Below are positions 1 to 11,923 of a stretch of DNA of 64,000 bases, one piece after another. How positions within the stretch are numbered: the stretch's first letter is position 1; each line of letters begins with the position of its first letter. The stretch comes from an uncultured Gammaproteobacteria bacterium (GTDB lineage Bacteria; Pseudomonadota; Gammaproteobacteria; UBA9214), in assembly GCA_963773065.1 (NCBI GenBank), contig CAVYZN010000027.1, positions 64,001-128,000 of the forward strand, read 5' to 3'. The notes under the pieces were generated by a model. The model did not search any database. It was not told the DNA's origin and saw nothing but the letters and a program-made list of their open reading frames with translations. A program made the position numbers and the translations under genes.

Positions 1-258
1 GCCCGCCTCAGACAGGCGGGCATGCTGCTGGAAGAACATGTATTTCCCGATCATCATGCCTATACGGCGGCAAATCTGGATTTCGGTGACGACAGGCCGG
101 TCATGATGACGGAGAAAGATGCGGTGAAATGCCGGAATCTCTGCCTTACTAACGCCTGGTATGTTCCGGTTACAATTGAGATGACGGCGGAGTTCGGGGC
201 CAGGGTGCTGGACCTGCTCGCCCGAGGCGGGAAGAACGCCCTTGCGGTGGCTTCGTGA
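1..258 (+). CDS. lpxK: Tetraacyldisaccharide 4'-kinase, 3' part (runs off window start)
   Basis: FPDHHAY...MTEKDAVKC...AWYVPV C-terminal motifs; lpxK-ycaR-kdsB synteny. Confidence 0.9.
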   Translation, partial: ARLRQAGMLLEEHVFPDHHAYTAANLDFGDDRPVMMTEKDAVKCRNLCLTNAWYVPVTIEMTAEFGARVLDLLARGGKNALAVAS

Positions 259-283
259 TATCGATGAAGGATGGAAATGAGCG

Positions 284-463
284 ATGGATAAAAAATTACT
301 CGAGATTCTTGCCTGCCCTGTATGCAAGGGGCCGCTGGTCTACCGTGAGAAGGCAGGGGAACTGATCTGCAAGGTGGACCGCCTGGCCTATCCGGTAAGG
401 GATGATATTCCCGTCATGTTGGAGGATGAGGCGCGCAAGTTGCGCGCGGAAGAAGAGGTTTGA
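284..463 (+). CDS. ycaR: Trm112 family protein (59 aa, absent from ORF track)
   Basis: Manual translation [18 protein letters not shown]...[25 protein letters not shown]; between lpxK and kdsB. Confidence 0.95.
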   Translation: MDKKLLEILACPVCKGPLVYREKAGELICKVDRLAYPVRDDIPVMLEDEARKLRAEEEV

Positions 464-622
464 GTTCCTCACGCCTGCTTCCGAACGCAGGAGCGACGGG
501 CAGGCAGGTATCACGCTTCCGACTGATCTGCCTCAAACCCTCATGAGGGAATATTGCAGGCGATATTCTGTGGATTTGATCGCTCTCCCGCTTAACCGCC
601 CATGGCGAGTGCAGACACGGAT

Positions 623-1388
623 ATGACCACAGCGTTTAAGATCGTAATCCCCGCGCGTTATGCCTCGACGCGGCTGCCCGGCAAACCATTGCGTCTGCTC
701 GCAGGCAAGCCCATGTTGCAGCATGTCCACGAACGCGCCCGGGCGAGCGGTGCGCAACACATCGTCATCGCGACCGATGACCAGCGCATCGCGGCGGCGG
801 CGGCCGGTTTTGGCGCCGATGTCTGCATGACATCAACGGCACATGCCTCGGGCACCGAGCGGCTGGCCGAAGTCGTTGCGACGCGTGGATGGGATGATGA
901 CGCCATCGTCGTCAACCTGCAGGGCGACGAGCCCTTGATGCCTCCCTTGCTGATTGACCAGGTGGCCGCCGATCTTGCCACCCATCAATCCGCCTCCATC
1001 ACTACCCTGGCCTATCCCTTGAAGGCATCGGAGAACGAAACCGACCCGCATATCGTCAAGGTGGTTGCTCGATCGCGATGGCTATGCGCTGTATTTCAGC
1101 CGTGCTCCGATCCCCTGGCATCGTGATCCGCCAGAAACGGGTTCCGGCATACCGGGCGGGTATCCCCTGCTGCACCACATCGGCCTCTACGCCTACCGGG
1201 CGCGTTTCCTGCGTCATTACAGCCGGCTGGAACCCTCACCACTGGAGAATTTCGAGAAACTCGAACAGCTGCGCGCGCTCTGGCATGGCCTGAAGATACA
1301 CGTCGGCATCGCCGAGGCAATACCTGCTCCTGGGGTCGATACCGAGGCGGACTTGGCAAGGGTTGAGCGGGTCTTGTCAGCGAGATGA
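623..1388 (+). CDS. kdsB: 3-deoxy-manno-octulosonate cytidylyltransferase; apparent frameshift near 1065
   Basis: [22 protein letters not shown] in one frame; [24 protein letters not shown] in the next. Confidence 0.93.
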
Positions 1389-1425
1389 TAGAGTCGGTGG
1401 GTAATCGGGTGTGGAGTCTGTTCTG

Positions 1426-1902
1426 ATGGTCAGGGTCTTGTTCGTGTGCATGGGAAATATCTGCCGTTCACCCACGGCTCAGGGCGTGTTTGAGTATCTG
1501 GTCGAGCGCCAGGGCTTATCATCGCTGATCCGGATCGATTCGGCGGGAACGCATGCCTACCATATCGGCGAACGACCGGATGAACGGGCTGCGCAAGCCG
1601 CCATGCGGCGCGGGATCGATCTCGGCAAACAGCGCGCCCGCAGGGTCACCGAAAATGATTTTCTGCTATTCGACTATGTGCTGGCGATGGACCGGAGAAA
1701 TTATGAAGACCTGATGGCATTCTGCCCGCCCGCCCATCGGCCCAAGCTGCGGCTGTTCCTGGAATTTGCTCCCGAACTTGCCGAGGATGAGGTACCAGAC
1801 CCTTATTATGGCGGGGCAACCGGTTTTGAGCGGGTGCTGGATCTGATTGAACGGGCTGCCGAGGGCTTGCTGGCGGAGATCCGCCAGCAACATCGTCTGT
1901 GA
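1426..1902 (+). CDS. Low molecular weight protein-tyrosine phosphatase
   Basis: VCMGNICRSPTA P-loop; DPYYG motif. Confidence 0.95.
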   Translation: MVRVLFVCMGNICRSPTAQGVFEYLVERQGLSSLIRIDSAGTHAYHIGERPDERAAQAAMRRGIDLGKQRARRVTENDFLLFDYVLAMDRRNYEDLMAFCPPAHRPKLRLFLEFAPELAEDEVPDPYYGGATGFERVLDLIERAAEGLLAEIRQQHRL

Positions 1903-1965
1903 AGCCGGGTCAGCAGAATGGGCCTCTGTTATGGGGATGCCTTATCGATTTTGACCTCCGCCTTT

Positions 1966-4398
1966 TCAGCCGCGTAGGCCTGGGCGGGAGGTCCGTCCGA
2001 AGATTTTCTCTCCGTTTCCGCCATGGTAGTAGCCGGCTGCCGGTGTAGGGGCATCCGCCTTCTTCTGGGCCGATACACTGCCGTCCTTTGCCGGTGGCGG
2101 GTTTGGACTGCCTGTCGCAGAAGCCTGTTTCTCCGTGGCATGCGGGGCGCTCCGGCCATGTTCGTCTGAAGGCGGTGACGAAGTGGCAGGCGGTGGAGTA
2201 TGTGCGTCCGTGTTTGTAGTACCACCGCCGGTGCCCTCACCAGCATCGGTACGCTGTGCAGCGGCGGCGCGTTCCGGTGGGTTGTCGTTATTGCGTTTCT
2301 GGCCGGATGGTCTGTGCCGTCCACCGCGGCGCCCGCGCCGGGATGGGCCGCGTCCCTGGCTACGTTGCATGCGGCCACTCTCCGGCAATGAACCGGAGTG
2401 GTCATCCGCTGAATCCGGTGTTACCGGCATGTCATTTTGTTCTTGTTCCGCTACGGCGGGTTGTATCCTCTCTTCCTTGGGTGCGGTCTCATGGCGTGGT
2501 GGCTGGTCCGTCGATGCCTGGCGATTCTGGTTGCCGCCGCGTCTTCTTCCCCGGGGCTGACCACCACGACCCGTGCCGCCCCGCGGGTGACTGCCCTTGC
2601 CATGCTCGCGTGGTTGCGGGCTGCGGCGACTGGTTGACTGTTCCACGGGTTGGCTGGCCGGCCGCTCGGGCGTTTCGCCGGGCCCGAACAGGCTGGAAAT
2701 TAGCCGATTGAACAGTCCCGGTTTTTTCTCCTTCTCGGGTATCTTGTCATCGGCAGTCTCGACGAATATGTGTTCCGGTGCGGGCGTGGACGGCGCGACC
2801 GCCTTCACGGCAGGGGCCTCCAACCCCATTGGCATGGCCGAGGTCATGGCCGCCTGTATGGCTTCCGCTTCAGGCTCCTCGTGTACCATTTGGTAGCTCC
2901 GCTCGGCCGGTATGCCGCGCAATTCCTCGCCGCGTACCCGCTGGATGTCATAATTCGGCGTTTCCAGCGCGGGTGAGGGAATCAGCATTACCGAGACGCC
3001 ATGACGTGATTCGAGACTCAACAACAATTCGCGCTTTTCATTGAGCAAATAAGTGCCCACATCAACAGGCACGCGCGCCACGACACGGACCGTGCTCTCC
3101 TTCATGGCTTCTTCTTCGATGATACGCAACACGGAAAGTGACAGGGACTCGACACCCCGTATCGACCCCCGACCGGCACACCGGGGGCAGGCGATCTGGC
3201 TGGACTCGCCCAGAGAGGGGCGTAACCGTTGTCGTGACATTTCCAGCAGGCCAAAACGTGAGATGCGGCCGATCTGGACACGGGCACGGTCCATATTGAG
3301 CGCATCGCGTAACCGGTTCTCAACCTCCCGATGGTGGCGCGGCGGCTGCATGTCGATAAAGTCAATCACGATCAGACCGCCGAGATCGCGGATACGCAGC
3401 TGACGGGCGATTTCATCGGCCGCTTCAAGGTTGGTGTTCAGGGCGGTTTCCTCGATATCGCTACCTTTGGTCGCGCGTGCCGAGTTGATATCGATGGAGA
3501 GCAGGGCTTCGGTATGATCGATGACGATGGCGCCACCGGAGGGCAGCGAGACTTCACGCTGGAAGGCTGATTCAATCTGGGATTCGATCTGGAAGCGGCT
3601 GAAGAGCGGTATCTTGTCCTGGTACAACTTGAGCTTGCTCAGGTTATGCGGCATGACCTGCTGCATGAATTCCTTTGCTTTTTCGTAAACATCCTGGCTG
3701 TCGACGAGGATTTCCGCAATGTCCTTGCGCAGGTAGTCACGCAGTGCGCGAATAATGACATTACTTTCCTGATAGATGAGAAACGGCGCGGGCTTCTCTC
3801 CGGAAGCCTTGGTGATGGCATCCCACAGCGTGATCAGGTAATCGAGATCCCACTGGAGTTCCTCGGCGCTGCGGTCGACGCCGGCGGTACGCACGATCAT
3901 ACCCATGTCCTCGGGGATATTGAGTGAGCTCATGGCATCGCGTAGAACGTTGCGCTCATCTCCCTGGATGCGCCTGGACACGCCGCCGGCGCGAGGATTG
4001 TTCGGCATCAGGACGAGGTAGCGTCCGGCGAGACTGATGAATGTGGTGAGTGCCGCGCCCTTGGTGCCGCGTTCTTCCTTTTCGACTTGGACGATCAGCT
4101 CCTGTCCTTCCTTGAGGGCATCCTTGATGCTCTGTCGGCCACCGCCTTCTCTGGCAGTATCGGAAAAATAGTTGCGTGAAATATCCTTTAACGGGAGAAA
4201 TCCATGGCGCTCGGCACCGTAATCGATGAAGGCCGCTTCCAGGCTGGGCTCGATGCGGGTGATTTTACCTTTATATACGTTGGATTTTTTTTGTCCCCGT
4301 GAAGGTATTTCGATATCGAGATCGTATAGTTTCTGGCCATCTACGAGGGCCACGCGCAACTCTTCGGGTTGGGTGGTGTTGATGAGCATTCTTTTCAT
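1966..4398 (-). CDS. rne: Ribonuclease E (extreme C-terminus may be frameshifted)
   Basis: MKRMLIN, S1 domain, [28 protein letters not shown] Zn link, long disordered tail; divergent from rluC. Confidence 0.97.
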   Translation of the reverse strand: MKRMLINTTQPEELRVALVDGQKLYDLDIEIPSRGQKKSNVYKGKITRIEPSLEAAFIDYGAERHGFLPLKDISRNYFSDTAREGGGRQSIKDALKEGQELIVQVEKEERGTKGAALTTFISLAGRYLVLMPNNPRAGGVSRRIQGDERNVLRDAMSSLNIPEDMGMIVRTAGVDRSAEELQWDLDYLITLWDAITKASGEKPAPFLIYQESNVIIRALRDYLRKDIAEILVDSQDVYEKAKEFMQQVMPHNLSKLKLYQDKIPLFSRFQIESQIESAFQREVSLPSGGAIVIDHTEALLSIDINSARATKGSDIEETALNTNLEAADEIARQLRIRDLGGLIVIDFIDMQPPRHHREVENRLRDALNMDRARVQIGRISRFGLLEMSRQRLRPSLGESSQIACPRCAGRGSIRGVESLSLSVLRIIEEEAMKESTVRVVARVPVDVGTYLLNEKRELLLSLESRHGVSVMLIPSPALETPNYDIQRVRGEELRGIPAERSYQMVHEEPEAEAIQAAMTSAMPMGLEAPAVKAVAPSTPAPEHIFVETADDKIPEKEKKPGLFNRLISSLFGPGETPERPASQPVEQSTSRRSPQPREHGKGSHPRGGTGRGGQPRGRRRGGNQNRQASTDQPPRHETAPKEERIQPAVAEQEQNDMPVTPDSADDHSGSLPESGRMQRSQGRGPSRRGRRGGRHRPSGQKRNNDNPPERAAAAQRTDAGEGTGGGTTNTDAHTPPPATSSPPSDEHGRSAPHATEKQASATGSPNPPPAKDGSVSAQKKADAPTPAAGYYHGGNGEKIFGRTSRPGLRG

Positions 4399-4828
4399 GT
4401 CTTATGTCTCTCGCGCGCTCGACCGTTTCCTGCACAGCGCAAGGTAGCCGGCAAGCCATGTCGCCTGTCCGCCAGGCAAACACGGACGAGCCGATGTTTG
4501 CCAGCCAGACACTGAAATGGGAGATGACAGCCAGCAGGCTATATTGCGATGCGATAACCACGGGAGCGCTAGTTATGTGTCAAAAAAAGTCCAAAATCAG
4601 CCGATTGCTGAAACTGCTGAATAATCGATTGAGACGAATCACGCATTCTTCAGCAGGAAATTAGTGTTCCTGACGTGAATTAGCCGCCTTCGGTTGCTGG
4701 CGGCGAGGACCACGCCGTGGCGCGACTATATCAATGATGTCGTGTCCTAGCAAACGAAGATACTGAATGTTATGTGAATTTGAAGGTACAATGCCGGGCC
4801 TTCAACTCACGTCTTGCGAATAACGGGA

Positions 4829-5803
4829 ATGGGCAGCACCGCTCACATGCCTCCGGCACAGGTCCGAATCATCGATGTCACCCGGGATGAAGCCGGGCAG
4901 CGAATCGACAATTTTCTGGCGCGGTACCTGAAGGGTGTGCCGCGCAGCCACATCTACCGCATCCTGCGCCGTGGAGAGGTACGGGTCAACAGCAGCCGGA
5001 TACGCGCCCAGTACAAGGTGAAGTCGGGTGATAAGGTGCGCATTCCTCCCGTGCGCGTGGCGCCGGACAAGGAAAAAACCACGCCAGGGAAAAGATTGCT
5101 GACGATCGAGGATTCTATCCTGCTTGAGAATACTCACCTTCTGGTAATCGACAAACCCGCCGGGGTTGCCGTTCATGGCGGCAGCGGTATCAGTCACGGT
5201 ATCATTGAAGCGCTGCGGCTCATACGCCCGGATGCCCCCTATCTGGAACTGGTTCACCGGCTTGACCGGGAAACCTCGGGTTGCCTGATCATCGCCAAAC
5301 GACGCAGCGCATTGCGCGCACTGCACGAGCAATTGCGCGCGGGCAGGATGAATAAACGCTACCTGGCGCTGGTGCGGGGCGATTGGCCGGGTGGTTCGAG
5401 ATCCGTGGCGGTGGCGCTGCGAAAAAACCAGCTGCAGGGCGGCGAACGGGTCGTAAGGGTGGACGATCAAGGCAAGGAGGCGGTAACGCTGTTCCACCCC
5501 GTGTCTACACACGGGCCGGCGAGCCTCGTGGATGTCGAGCTGAAAACGGGCAGGACCCATCAGATCCGTGTGCATGCCGCGTATATCGGCCATCCTTTGG
5601 CCGGTGACGAGAAATACGGTGATGATGAGTTTAACCGCATCATGAAAGGTTACGGGCTGCGGCGTTTGTTCCTGCACGCCCACAGGATTGAATTTACCGA
5701 TCCGGGGAGCGGTGAGATCGTCGATGTCAGTACGCCTCCGGGTCAGGACCTGAAACAGGTGCTCGATGCGCTGGATAATGCCGTCTTGCCATCCCATGAC
5801 TGA
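4829..5803 (+). CDS. rluC: 23S rRNA pseudouridine synthase C
   Basis: GQRIDNFL S4 domain, HRLDRETSG, GRTHQIRVH. Confidence 0.95.
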   Translation: MGSTAHMPPAQVRIIDVTRDEAGQRIDNFLARYLKGVPRSHIYRILRRGEVRVNSSRIRAQYKVKSGDKVRIPPVRVAPDKEKTTPGKRLLTIEDSILLENTHLLVIDKPAGVAVHGGSGISHGIIEALRLIRPDAPYLELVHRLDRETSGCLIIAKRRSALRALHEQLRAGRMNKRYLALVRGDWPGGSRSVAVALRKNQLQGGERVVRVDDQGKEAVTLFHPVSTHGPASLVDVELKTGRTHQIRVHAAYIGHPLAGDEKYGDDEFNRIMKGYGLRRLFLHAHRIEFTDPGSGEIVDVSTPPGQDLKQVLDALDNAVLPSHD

Positions 5804-6504
5804 TACGGTCGAATTCTTTCCGGGGGAGATCCTAGCGCGCGAAATCAATCTTATCGTGTTCGACTGGGACGGGACGCTGATGGATTCCGAGGCGCAGATC
5901 GTCTCCTGCCTGCGCGCGGCCGTGAGCGACCTGTCGCTGGAGCCGATGGATGACGAGACGCTGAGGAACGTGATCGGATTGGGCCTGCGTGAAGCCATCG
6001 ACACGCTGGTTCCCGGGCGGGATGAGGTCTTTCTACCAGTCTTTCATCGCCAACTACCGGCGCCACTGGTTCAACTCCGGCGGGTCCAGTCTGTTTGCGG
6101 GTGTGCGTGAGATGCTGGACATAGTCAGGCGGCAGCACTTCCTGCTCGGCGTCGCGACAGGCAAGGCGCGGCGAGGACTGGATCGGGTGTTGGGGGAAAC
6201 CGGACTGGAGAGCTGTTTTCATGCGACCCGCTGTGCCGACGAGGCGCCTTCCAAGCCGCACCCGCAGATGCTCATCGACCTCATGGATGAGCTGGGCGCG
6301 ACTCCTGAGCAGACTATCATGGTCGGTGATACCGAGTATGATATGGAAATGGCAACCAATGCCGGTGCCGCGAAAATCGCTGTCGCAACCGGCGTACACA
6401 GCGCAGAGCGTTTGAACCGCCATGCCCCGCTGGTGTGTCTGCGGCGCATTTCGGATATGCCGGCGTGGCTGTCGAATGCAGGCATCGTCGCTGTCAACAA
6501 ATAA
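5796..6504 (+). CDS. HAD-IA family hydrolase; apparent frameshift near 6030
   Basis: VFDWDGTLMDS motif I, ATGK, KPHP, MVGDTEYD over two frames. Confidence 0.88.
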
Positions 6505-6533
6505 TCATCCGTCGATTTATCCAGGTGGAGCAT

Positions 6534-7547
6534 ATGTCAGAGAAGGAGACATCCGGTACGCCGTCAAAGCGGGACCCGGTTCATTTCGAACCGCTGGATG
6601 GGGCAATGAGCACTAATGATGACTGGCATCGGGACCTGGTCAATCGCCTTGCCTTTGCCTCACTTAATGAACAGCGCCGCACCCGGCGCTGGAATATATT
6701 TTTCAAGTTTCTACTGGCGCTCTACCTCGGCGCGGTTCTGCTGCTTTACTGGCCCGCCGATTGGTCAACCATCGAGCAGGTGGGTGGAAAACATACCGCC
6801 CTGGTCGAACTGAAAGGCATCATCTCGGACGAAACCGAGGCCAGCGCCGATAACGTGATCGGCGGCCTCAAGGATGCCTTCGAGGACAAGAATACCGCCG
6901 GCATCATTCTGCGCATCAACTCCCCCGGGGGCAGCCCCGTGCAGTCCGGTTACATCTACAACGAGATCAAACGCCTCAGGGAGAAATATCCTAAAACGCC
7001 CCTTTACGCCGTGGTGACCGATATCTGCGCTTCGGGTGGTTATTACGTGGCCTCCGCCGCCGACAAAATCTATGCGGACAAGGCCAGTATCGTGGGGTCC
7101 ATCGGGGTGCGCATGGACAGTTTTGGCTTTGTCGGCAGCCTGGAGAAGCTCGGCGTGGAGCGCCGCCTCTACACGGCCGGCGAAAACAAGGGTTTCCTGG
7201 ACCCGTTTTTACCGACCAAGCCGTCCGACGTAGACCACGTAGAGAAACTCCTGAAAGATATCCACGAACAGTTCATCACCTCGGTCAAGGAGGGCCGGGG
7301 GGATCGCCTGTCCAATGATCCAGAGCTGTTCAGCGGCTTGTTCTGGACCGGCGAGGAAAGTCTCGATAGGGGTTTGGTCGATGCGCTCGGCAGTGCGGGC
7401 TTTGTCGCCAGGGAAGTGATCGGCGAAGAAAAGATCGTGGATTTCACCCAGAAGCCCGACCTGCTCGAACGTCTCAGCAAACGCATCGGCGTGGCCATGG
7501 CCGGTGCAATGGCCGAGATGGCGAGCGGCCCCGTTTCCCTGCGCTGA
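6534..7547 (+). CDS. sppA: S49 family signal peptide peptidase
   Basis: INSPGGSPVQS, CASGGYY, GSIGV; N-terminal TM helix. Confidence 0.92.
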   Translation: MSEKETSGTPSKRDPVHFEPLDGAMSTNDDWHRDLVNRLAFASLNEQRRTRRWNIFFKFLLALYLGAVLLLYWPADWSTIEQVGGKHTALVELKGIISDETEASADNVIGGLKDAFEDKNTAGIILRINSPGGSPVQSGYIYNEIKRLREKYPKTPLYAVVTDICASGGYYVASAADKIYADKASIVGSIGVRMDSFGFVGSLEKLGVERRLYTAGENKGFLDPFLPTKPSDVDHVEKLLKDIHEQFITSVKEGRGDRLSNDPELFSGLFWTGEESLDRGLVDALGSAGFVAREVIGEEKIVDFTQKPDLLERLSKRIGVAMAGAMAEMASGPVSLR

Positions 7548-7669
7548 CGTTTACGTGAGGGTGTACCAGGTATTACCCGCATTGCTCGTGTCGATTCGCA
7601 GGCCGGGCAGAGCAGCGGCGCGACGGGTTGGCAAACATCGGCATGGCGTGTTGCGCCGGAAAATACCGG

Positions 7670-8263
7670 TCAGGGCAGCGTGATGCCGGCCTTGGCCAGC
7701 ATACCCGTCAGACAAATCAGCGGCAGCCCGCCCAGTGCCGTCGGATCATCTCCCTCCATGCGTTCGAACAGGGCAATCCCCAGACTCTCCGCTTTGAAAC
7801 TGCCGGCGCAGCCATAGGGCCGGTCGTGGCGCAAATAGCGCTCGATCTGGCTCTCGTCCAGTTCTCGGAATTGCACCCGGAATGGAACCACATCCACCTG
7901 TGCCTCACCCGTGGCGGTGTTCAACAGGCACAGCCCGCTGAGGAAGGTGACGGACCGGCCGGACAAGCGGCGCAACTGTTCCGCAGCCCGCTCGTGGGTT
8001 CCCGGTTTTCCCAGCACATCCCTGCCGACGGTTGCAACCTGGTCTGAGCCGATGACCAGTGCCTCGCGTGAGGGACCGATGGCGCGCGCTTTGGCCTCGG
8101 ATAACCGGCGCACCAGGTCCAGCGGTGGTTCATTGACTTGGCGGCTTTCATCAATATTAGGCGCGGCGGTTTCGAACTGGAGCCCCAGGCGTGACAACAG
8201 TTCCCGGCGGAACGGCGAGGTTGACGCGAGGATGATCGGCAGGGCGGATGTCGGGGAGTTCAT
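7670..8263 (-). CDS. Maf-like nucleotide pyrophosphatase (YceF type)
   Basis: [32 protein letters not shown]. Confidence 0.92.
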   Translation of the reverse strand: MNSPTSALPIILASTSPFRRELLSRLGLQFETAAPNIDESRQVNEPPLDLVRRLSEAKARAIGPSREALVIGSDQVATVGRDVLGKPGTHERAAEQLRRLSGRSVTFLSGLCLLNTATGEAQVDVVPFRVQFRELDESQIERYLRHDRPYGCAGSFKAESLGIALFERMEGDDPTALGGLPLICLTGMLAKAGITLP

Positions 8264-8293
8264 GTCCTAAGACCGCATATCATTACGCGCTTG

Positions 8294-8434
8294 TTCACCG
8301 CAAAGCCGCAAAGAACGCAGATTCGAGAGACGAACATAAGAAGTCACCTAGACGACACATTCTTAGCCTTGTACACGCCGGTATGTCCGTGTATTTTCAT
8401 CGTAAGCGATTTCTTTCTGCGTCTTTCCGGTGAA
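8294..8434. repeat. Intergenic inverted repeat of the CACCGCAAAG family
   Basis: ttcaccgcaaagccgcaaagaacgcag ... ctgcgtctttccggtgaa; related copies at 14725-14779 and 38170-38262. Confidence 0.6.
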
Positions 8435-8465
8435 TGTCTTCTCGTGATACAGCAATTCCGGCTGG

Positions 8466-10286
8466 CTATTCGATTTCCACCAGGGTTTCATCGGGGTTGA
8501 CCGATTCACCCTTCTTGACGTGGATGGCCTTGATGCCGCCGGCGACGGGGGCCTGTATCTCGGTCTCCATCTTCATGGCCTCGGTGATCAGGACGGGCGT
8601 TCCCGCCGCGACCGTGTCACCGACATTGACCAGGATGTCGACGATGGTGCCCGGCATCGAGGTCGTTACATGTCCGGGCAGCGTGGCCCGCGGCCGCTGG
8701 CTGCCCTTGATGGCGGATTTGCCCGAGGCGGGCGTGCTTTCAAGCTGGATCTCGTCCAGGATCTCGACCAGCACCTCTTCGGGAACGCCATCGACCGTCA
8801 TGTAGAAGGGGCGGTTGTCCTGAGTGCGATGCCCGGTGCCCGTAACCCTGATATGGTAAGTTTCACCGTGCAGGGTAACGTTGAATTCCGTCGGCCGGGC
8901 ATGCTCATTGGCGCGCCGGTTGAAGATCTGTTCCAGGGGTTCCGATACCAGGGCATTTTTGCCGCGTTGTTCGAGAAATTCCCTGCCGATCTCGGGAAAC
9001 ATGGCGTAGGTCAGCACATCCTCTTCGGACTTGGCCAGCTCGCCGATGGACGCGCGCAGGTTGTCCATCTCGTTATCCAGCAGATCGGCGGGACGCACAT
9101 CGATGATGTTTTCATTGCCGATGGCAAGCTGCTGTACGAAGGAGTTGATGCTGGCCGGCGCCTTTCCGTAGCGGCCCTGGAGGTAGAGTTTTACCTCATT
9201 GGTTATGGTCTTGTAGCGTGCGCCGGTGAGTACATTGAGCACGGCCTGGGTTCCGACGATCTGTGATGTGGGGGTCACCAGCGGAGGGAAACCCAGATCT
9301 TCCCGTACGCGCGGAATCTCCTGGAAGACCTCGTTCATCCGGTCCAGGGCGCCCTGTTCGCGCAACTGCGTATACAGATTGGATATCATGCCGCCGGGTA
9401 CCTGATAGACCTGCACCCGGGTATCCAGTCCGGTGAATTCGCTCTCGAACTGGTGGTATTTCTTGCGCACGTCGCGGAAATAAAAACCGATTTTCTGCAA
9501 CGCCTCGAGGTCGAGGCCGGTGTCGTATTCGCTGCCGCGGAATGCCGCGACCATGCTTTCGGTCGCCGGATGGCTGGCGCCGCCCGCAAACGCGGAGATG
9601 GCGGTGTCGATATGACAGCAGCCGTTCTCGATGGCTTTCAGCATGCACATCTCGGAAGTGCCCGCGGTGGCGTGGCTGTGCAAATGTACCGGGAGACCCG
9701 TGGCCGTGACGATTTCACGGACCAGTTCACCCGTCACCATCGGTGTCAGCAACCCTGCCATGTCCTTGATCGCCAGGCTGTCGCATCCCAGGGATTGCAG
9801 GTCCTTCGCCAGGGTCACGAAGGTCTGGATGTTATGCACCGGGCTGGTGGTGTAACAGATCGTGCCCTGGGCATGCTTGCCGGCCTGCCGGGTGGCGTCG
9901 ACGGCGACCTCCAGGTTGCGGATGTCGTTCAGGGCATCGAAGATGCGGAATACGTCTATGCCGTTCTCGGCGCTGCGCAGGACAAATTCACGCACCACGT
10001 CATCCGAATAATGCCGGTAACCGAGCAGGTTCTGTCCCCGCAGCAGCATCTGCAGCCGGGTATTGGGCAGCGCCGCGCGCAGGCTGCGCAGCCGTTCCCA
10101 GGGATCTTCCTTGAGATAGCGCAGGCAGGCGTCAAACGTGGCGCCACCCCAGACCTCCAGTGACCAGTAGCCGATGCCGTCTAGCTGCTTGCAGATCGGC
10201 AGCATGTCCTCGGTGCGCATGCGGGTCGCGATCAGCGACTGGTGGGCATCGCGCAGAATGAGATCCGTTATGTGTACCTTGGGCAT
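8466..10286 (-). CDS. pycB: Pyruvate carboxylase subunit B (carboxyltransferase + biotin carrier; OadA-like)
   Basis: RDAHQSL, WGGATFD, KDMAG, EAMKME biotin site; co-transcribed with a biotin carboxylase. Confidence 0.88.
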   Translation of the reverse strand: MPKVHITDLILRDAHQSLIATRMRTEDMLPICKQLDGIGYWSLEVWGGATFDACLRYLKEDPWERLRSLRAALPNTRLQMLLRGQNLLGYRHYSDDVVREFVLRSAENGIDVFRIFDALNDIRNLEVAVDATRQAGKHAQGTICYTTSPVHNIQTFVTLAKDLQSLGCDSLAIKDMAGLLTPMVTGELVREIVTATGLPVHLHSHATAGTSEMCMLKAIENGCCHIDTAISAFAGGASHPATESMVAAFRGSEYDTGLDLEALQKIGFYFRDVRKKYHQFESEFTGLDTRVQVYQVPGGMISNLYTQLREQGALDRMNEVFQEIPRVREDLGFPPLVTPTSQIVGTQAVLNVLTGARYKTITNEVKLYLQGRYGKAPASINSFVQQLAIGNENIIDVRPADLLDNEMDNLRASIGELAKSEEDVLTYAMFPEIGREFLEQRGKNALVSEPLEQIFNRRANEHARPTEFNVTLHGETYHIRVTGTGHRTQDNRPFYMTVDGVPEEVLVEILDEIQLESTPASGKSAIKGSQRPRATLPGHVTTSMPGTIVDILVNVGDTVAAGTPVLITEAMKMETEIQAPVAGGIKAIHVKKGESVNPDETLVEIE

Positions 10287-10309
10287 GGCGATCCGGTGTT
10301 ATTAGCTGT

Positions 10310-11728
10310 TCAAAGACCAAAATGCGCCGACAGGGCGGCGGCGATGACTGCCGAGAGTTCGCGTGTCGGACGGCTTGTCTTGTACTGGGTGAGTTCCGGG
10401 TGATCATCCACGAATCCGGTATCAAAGGAACCTTGACGGAACTCCGGCACCTTCAGTATTTCCATGTAAAAGGGGATCGTTGTCTTCACGCCATAGACGC
10501 CGATATCCTGCAAGGCGCGCCCCGCGCGATTGAGCACTTCCGGCCAGCTCAGCGCCCAGACCGTGAGCTTGGCGCACATGGAGTCATAGTGGGGTGGAAT
10601 CAGATAGCCGGTGTAAATGGCGCCGTCGGTGCGCACGCCCGGTCCGCCCGGTGCGAAATAGCGGGTGATGCGCCCGAAACTCGGCAGGAAATCGTTTTTC
10701 GGGTCTTCCGCATTGATACGCAGTTCCATGGCATAACCGCGCTTCTGAATCTCCGACTGCGCATATCGGAGGGGCTGGCCATCGGCGATCCGTATCTGTT
10801 CCCTCACGATGTCGATACCGGTAATCGCCTCGCTGACGGTATGTTCGACCTGCAGTCGCGTGTTCATTTCCATGAAATAAAACCGCTTGTCGGTGTCCAT
10901 CAGGAATTCCACCGTGCCGGCGTTTTCATAGCCGACGGCGCGCGCGACCCGCACCGCGGTTTCACCCAGCCAGGCGCGCTGCTGCTCATCAATCTGTGGC
11001 GATGGCGCAATCTCGATGAGTTTCTGGTGGCGCCGCTGGATGGAACAGTCGCGTTCAAACAGGTGTACGACATTGCCATGGGAGTCGGCCAGCACCTGAA
11101 CCTCGATATGCCGTGGGCGATCAATGCACTTCTCCATGAAGACATCGGCCCGGCCAAACGCCTTGCTTGCTTCGGAGAGCACCCGGTCATAGCTCTTTCT
11201 CAGGTCCTGCGCTGAATTGCAGCGCCGGATACCCCGGCCGCCGCCACCGGTAGTCGCCTTGAGCATGACCGGGTAACCGATTCCGTTGGCTACGGTCAGG
11301 GCTTCATCCAGACTGGCCAGGTTACCGTCGCTACCGGGCACCACGGGTATGCCGGCTTCCTGCATGGCCTTGCGTGCGGCGATCTTGTCCCCCATTTTTT
11401 GTATCACAGCAGCCGACGGGCCGATGTAACGCAAATTGCGCTCCTTGCAGATCTGCGCCAGCATCGGGTTCTCGGAGAGAAACCCGTAGCCCGGGTGCAG
11501 GGCATCGCAACCGGTGGCAACCGCGAGGTTGACGATGCGGTGTGCGTTTAGATAGCCGGCGATGGACTCCGGACCGATGTTGTAGGCCTCGTTGGCTTTT
11601 TTGACATGCAATGCATGCCGGTCGGCATCGGCGTAGATGGCAACGGAGGTGATATTGGCCTCGGCGCAGGCACGGATGATGCGGACGGCGATTTCGCCAC
11701 GGTTGGCAATCAGGATCTTCTGGATCAA
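10310..11728 (-). CDS. pycA: Pyruvate carboxylase subunit A (biotin carboxylase)
   Basis: KILIANRGEIA, HPGYGFLSEN, GGGGRG, RDCSIQRRHQK, EMNTRLQVEH. Confidence 0.88.
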   Translation of the reverse strand: MIQKILIANRGEIAVRIIRACAEANITSVAIYADADRHALHVKKANEAYNIGPESIAGYLNAHRIVNLAVATGCDALHPGYGFLSENPMLAQICKERNLRYIGPSAAVIQKMGDKIAARKAMQEAGIPVVPGSDGNLASLDEALTVANGIGYPVMLKATTGGGGRGIRRCNSAQDLRKSYDRVLSEASKAFGRADVFMEKCIDRPRHIEVQVLADSHGNVVHLFERDCSIQRRHQKLIEIAPSPQIDEQQRAWLGETAVRVARAVGYENAGTVEFLMDTDKRFYFMEMNTRLQVEHTVSEAITGIDIVREQIRIADGQPLRYAQSEIQKRGYAMELRINAEDPKNDFLPSFGRITRYFAPGGPGVRTDGAIYTGYLIPPHYDSMCAKLTVWALSWPEVLNRAGRALQDIGVYGVKTTIPFYMEILKVPEFRQGSFDTGFVDDHPELTQYKTSRPTRELSAVIAAALSAHFGL

Positions 11729-11923
11729 AATAGTATTCCGCTCGGTTAGCTCGTCTGCCGGGGCCGTCTGCCTGAAAATACCGGTAATTATCCCTGCACC
11801 CCCCCACGATGCAAGCCGGTCATTTCCGGCGCTGCGGCGCGGGTGGAATAGGGTGTGGAAAGTAACTGAATGCCGGTGTTTTTCTTTGACAGAATCCGGA
11901 GCGGATTATAGTATAAGCGGGTT

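Noticed and set aside
8466-10286. Na+-pumping oxaloacetate decarboxylase alpha subunit
   Set aside because: No oadB/oadG nearby; paired with a biotin carboxylase
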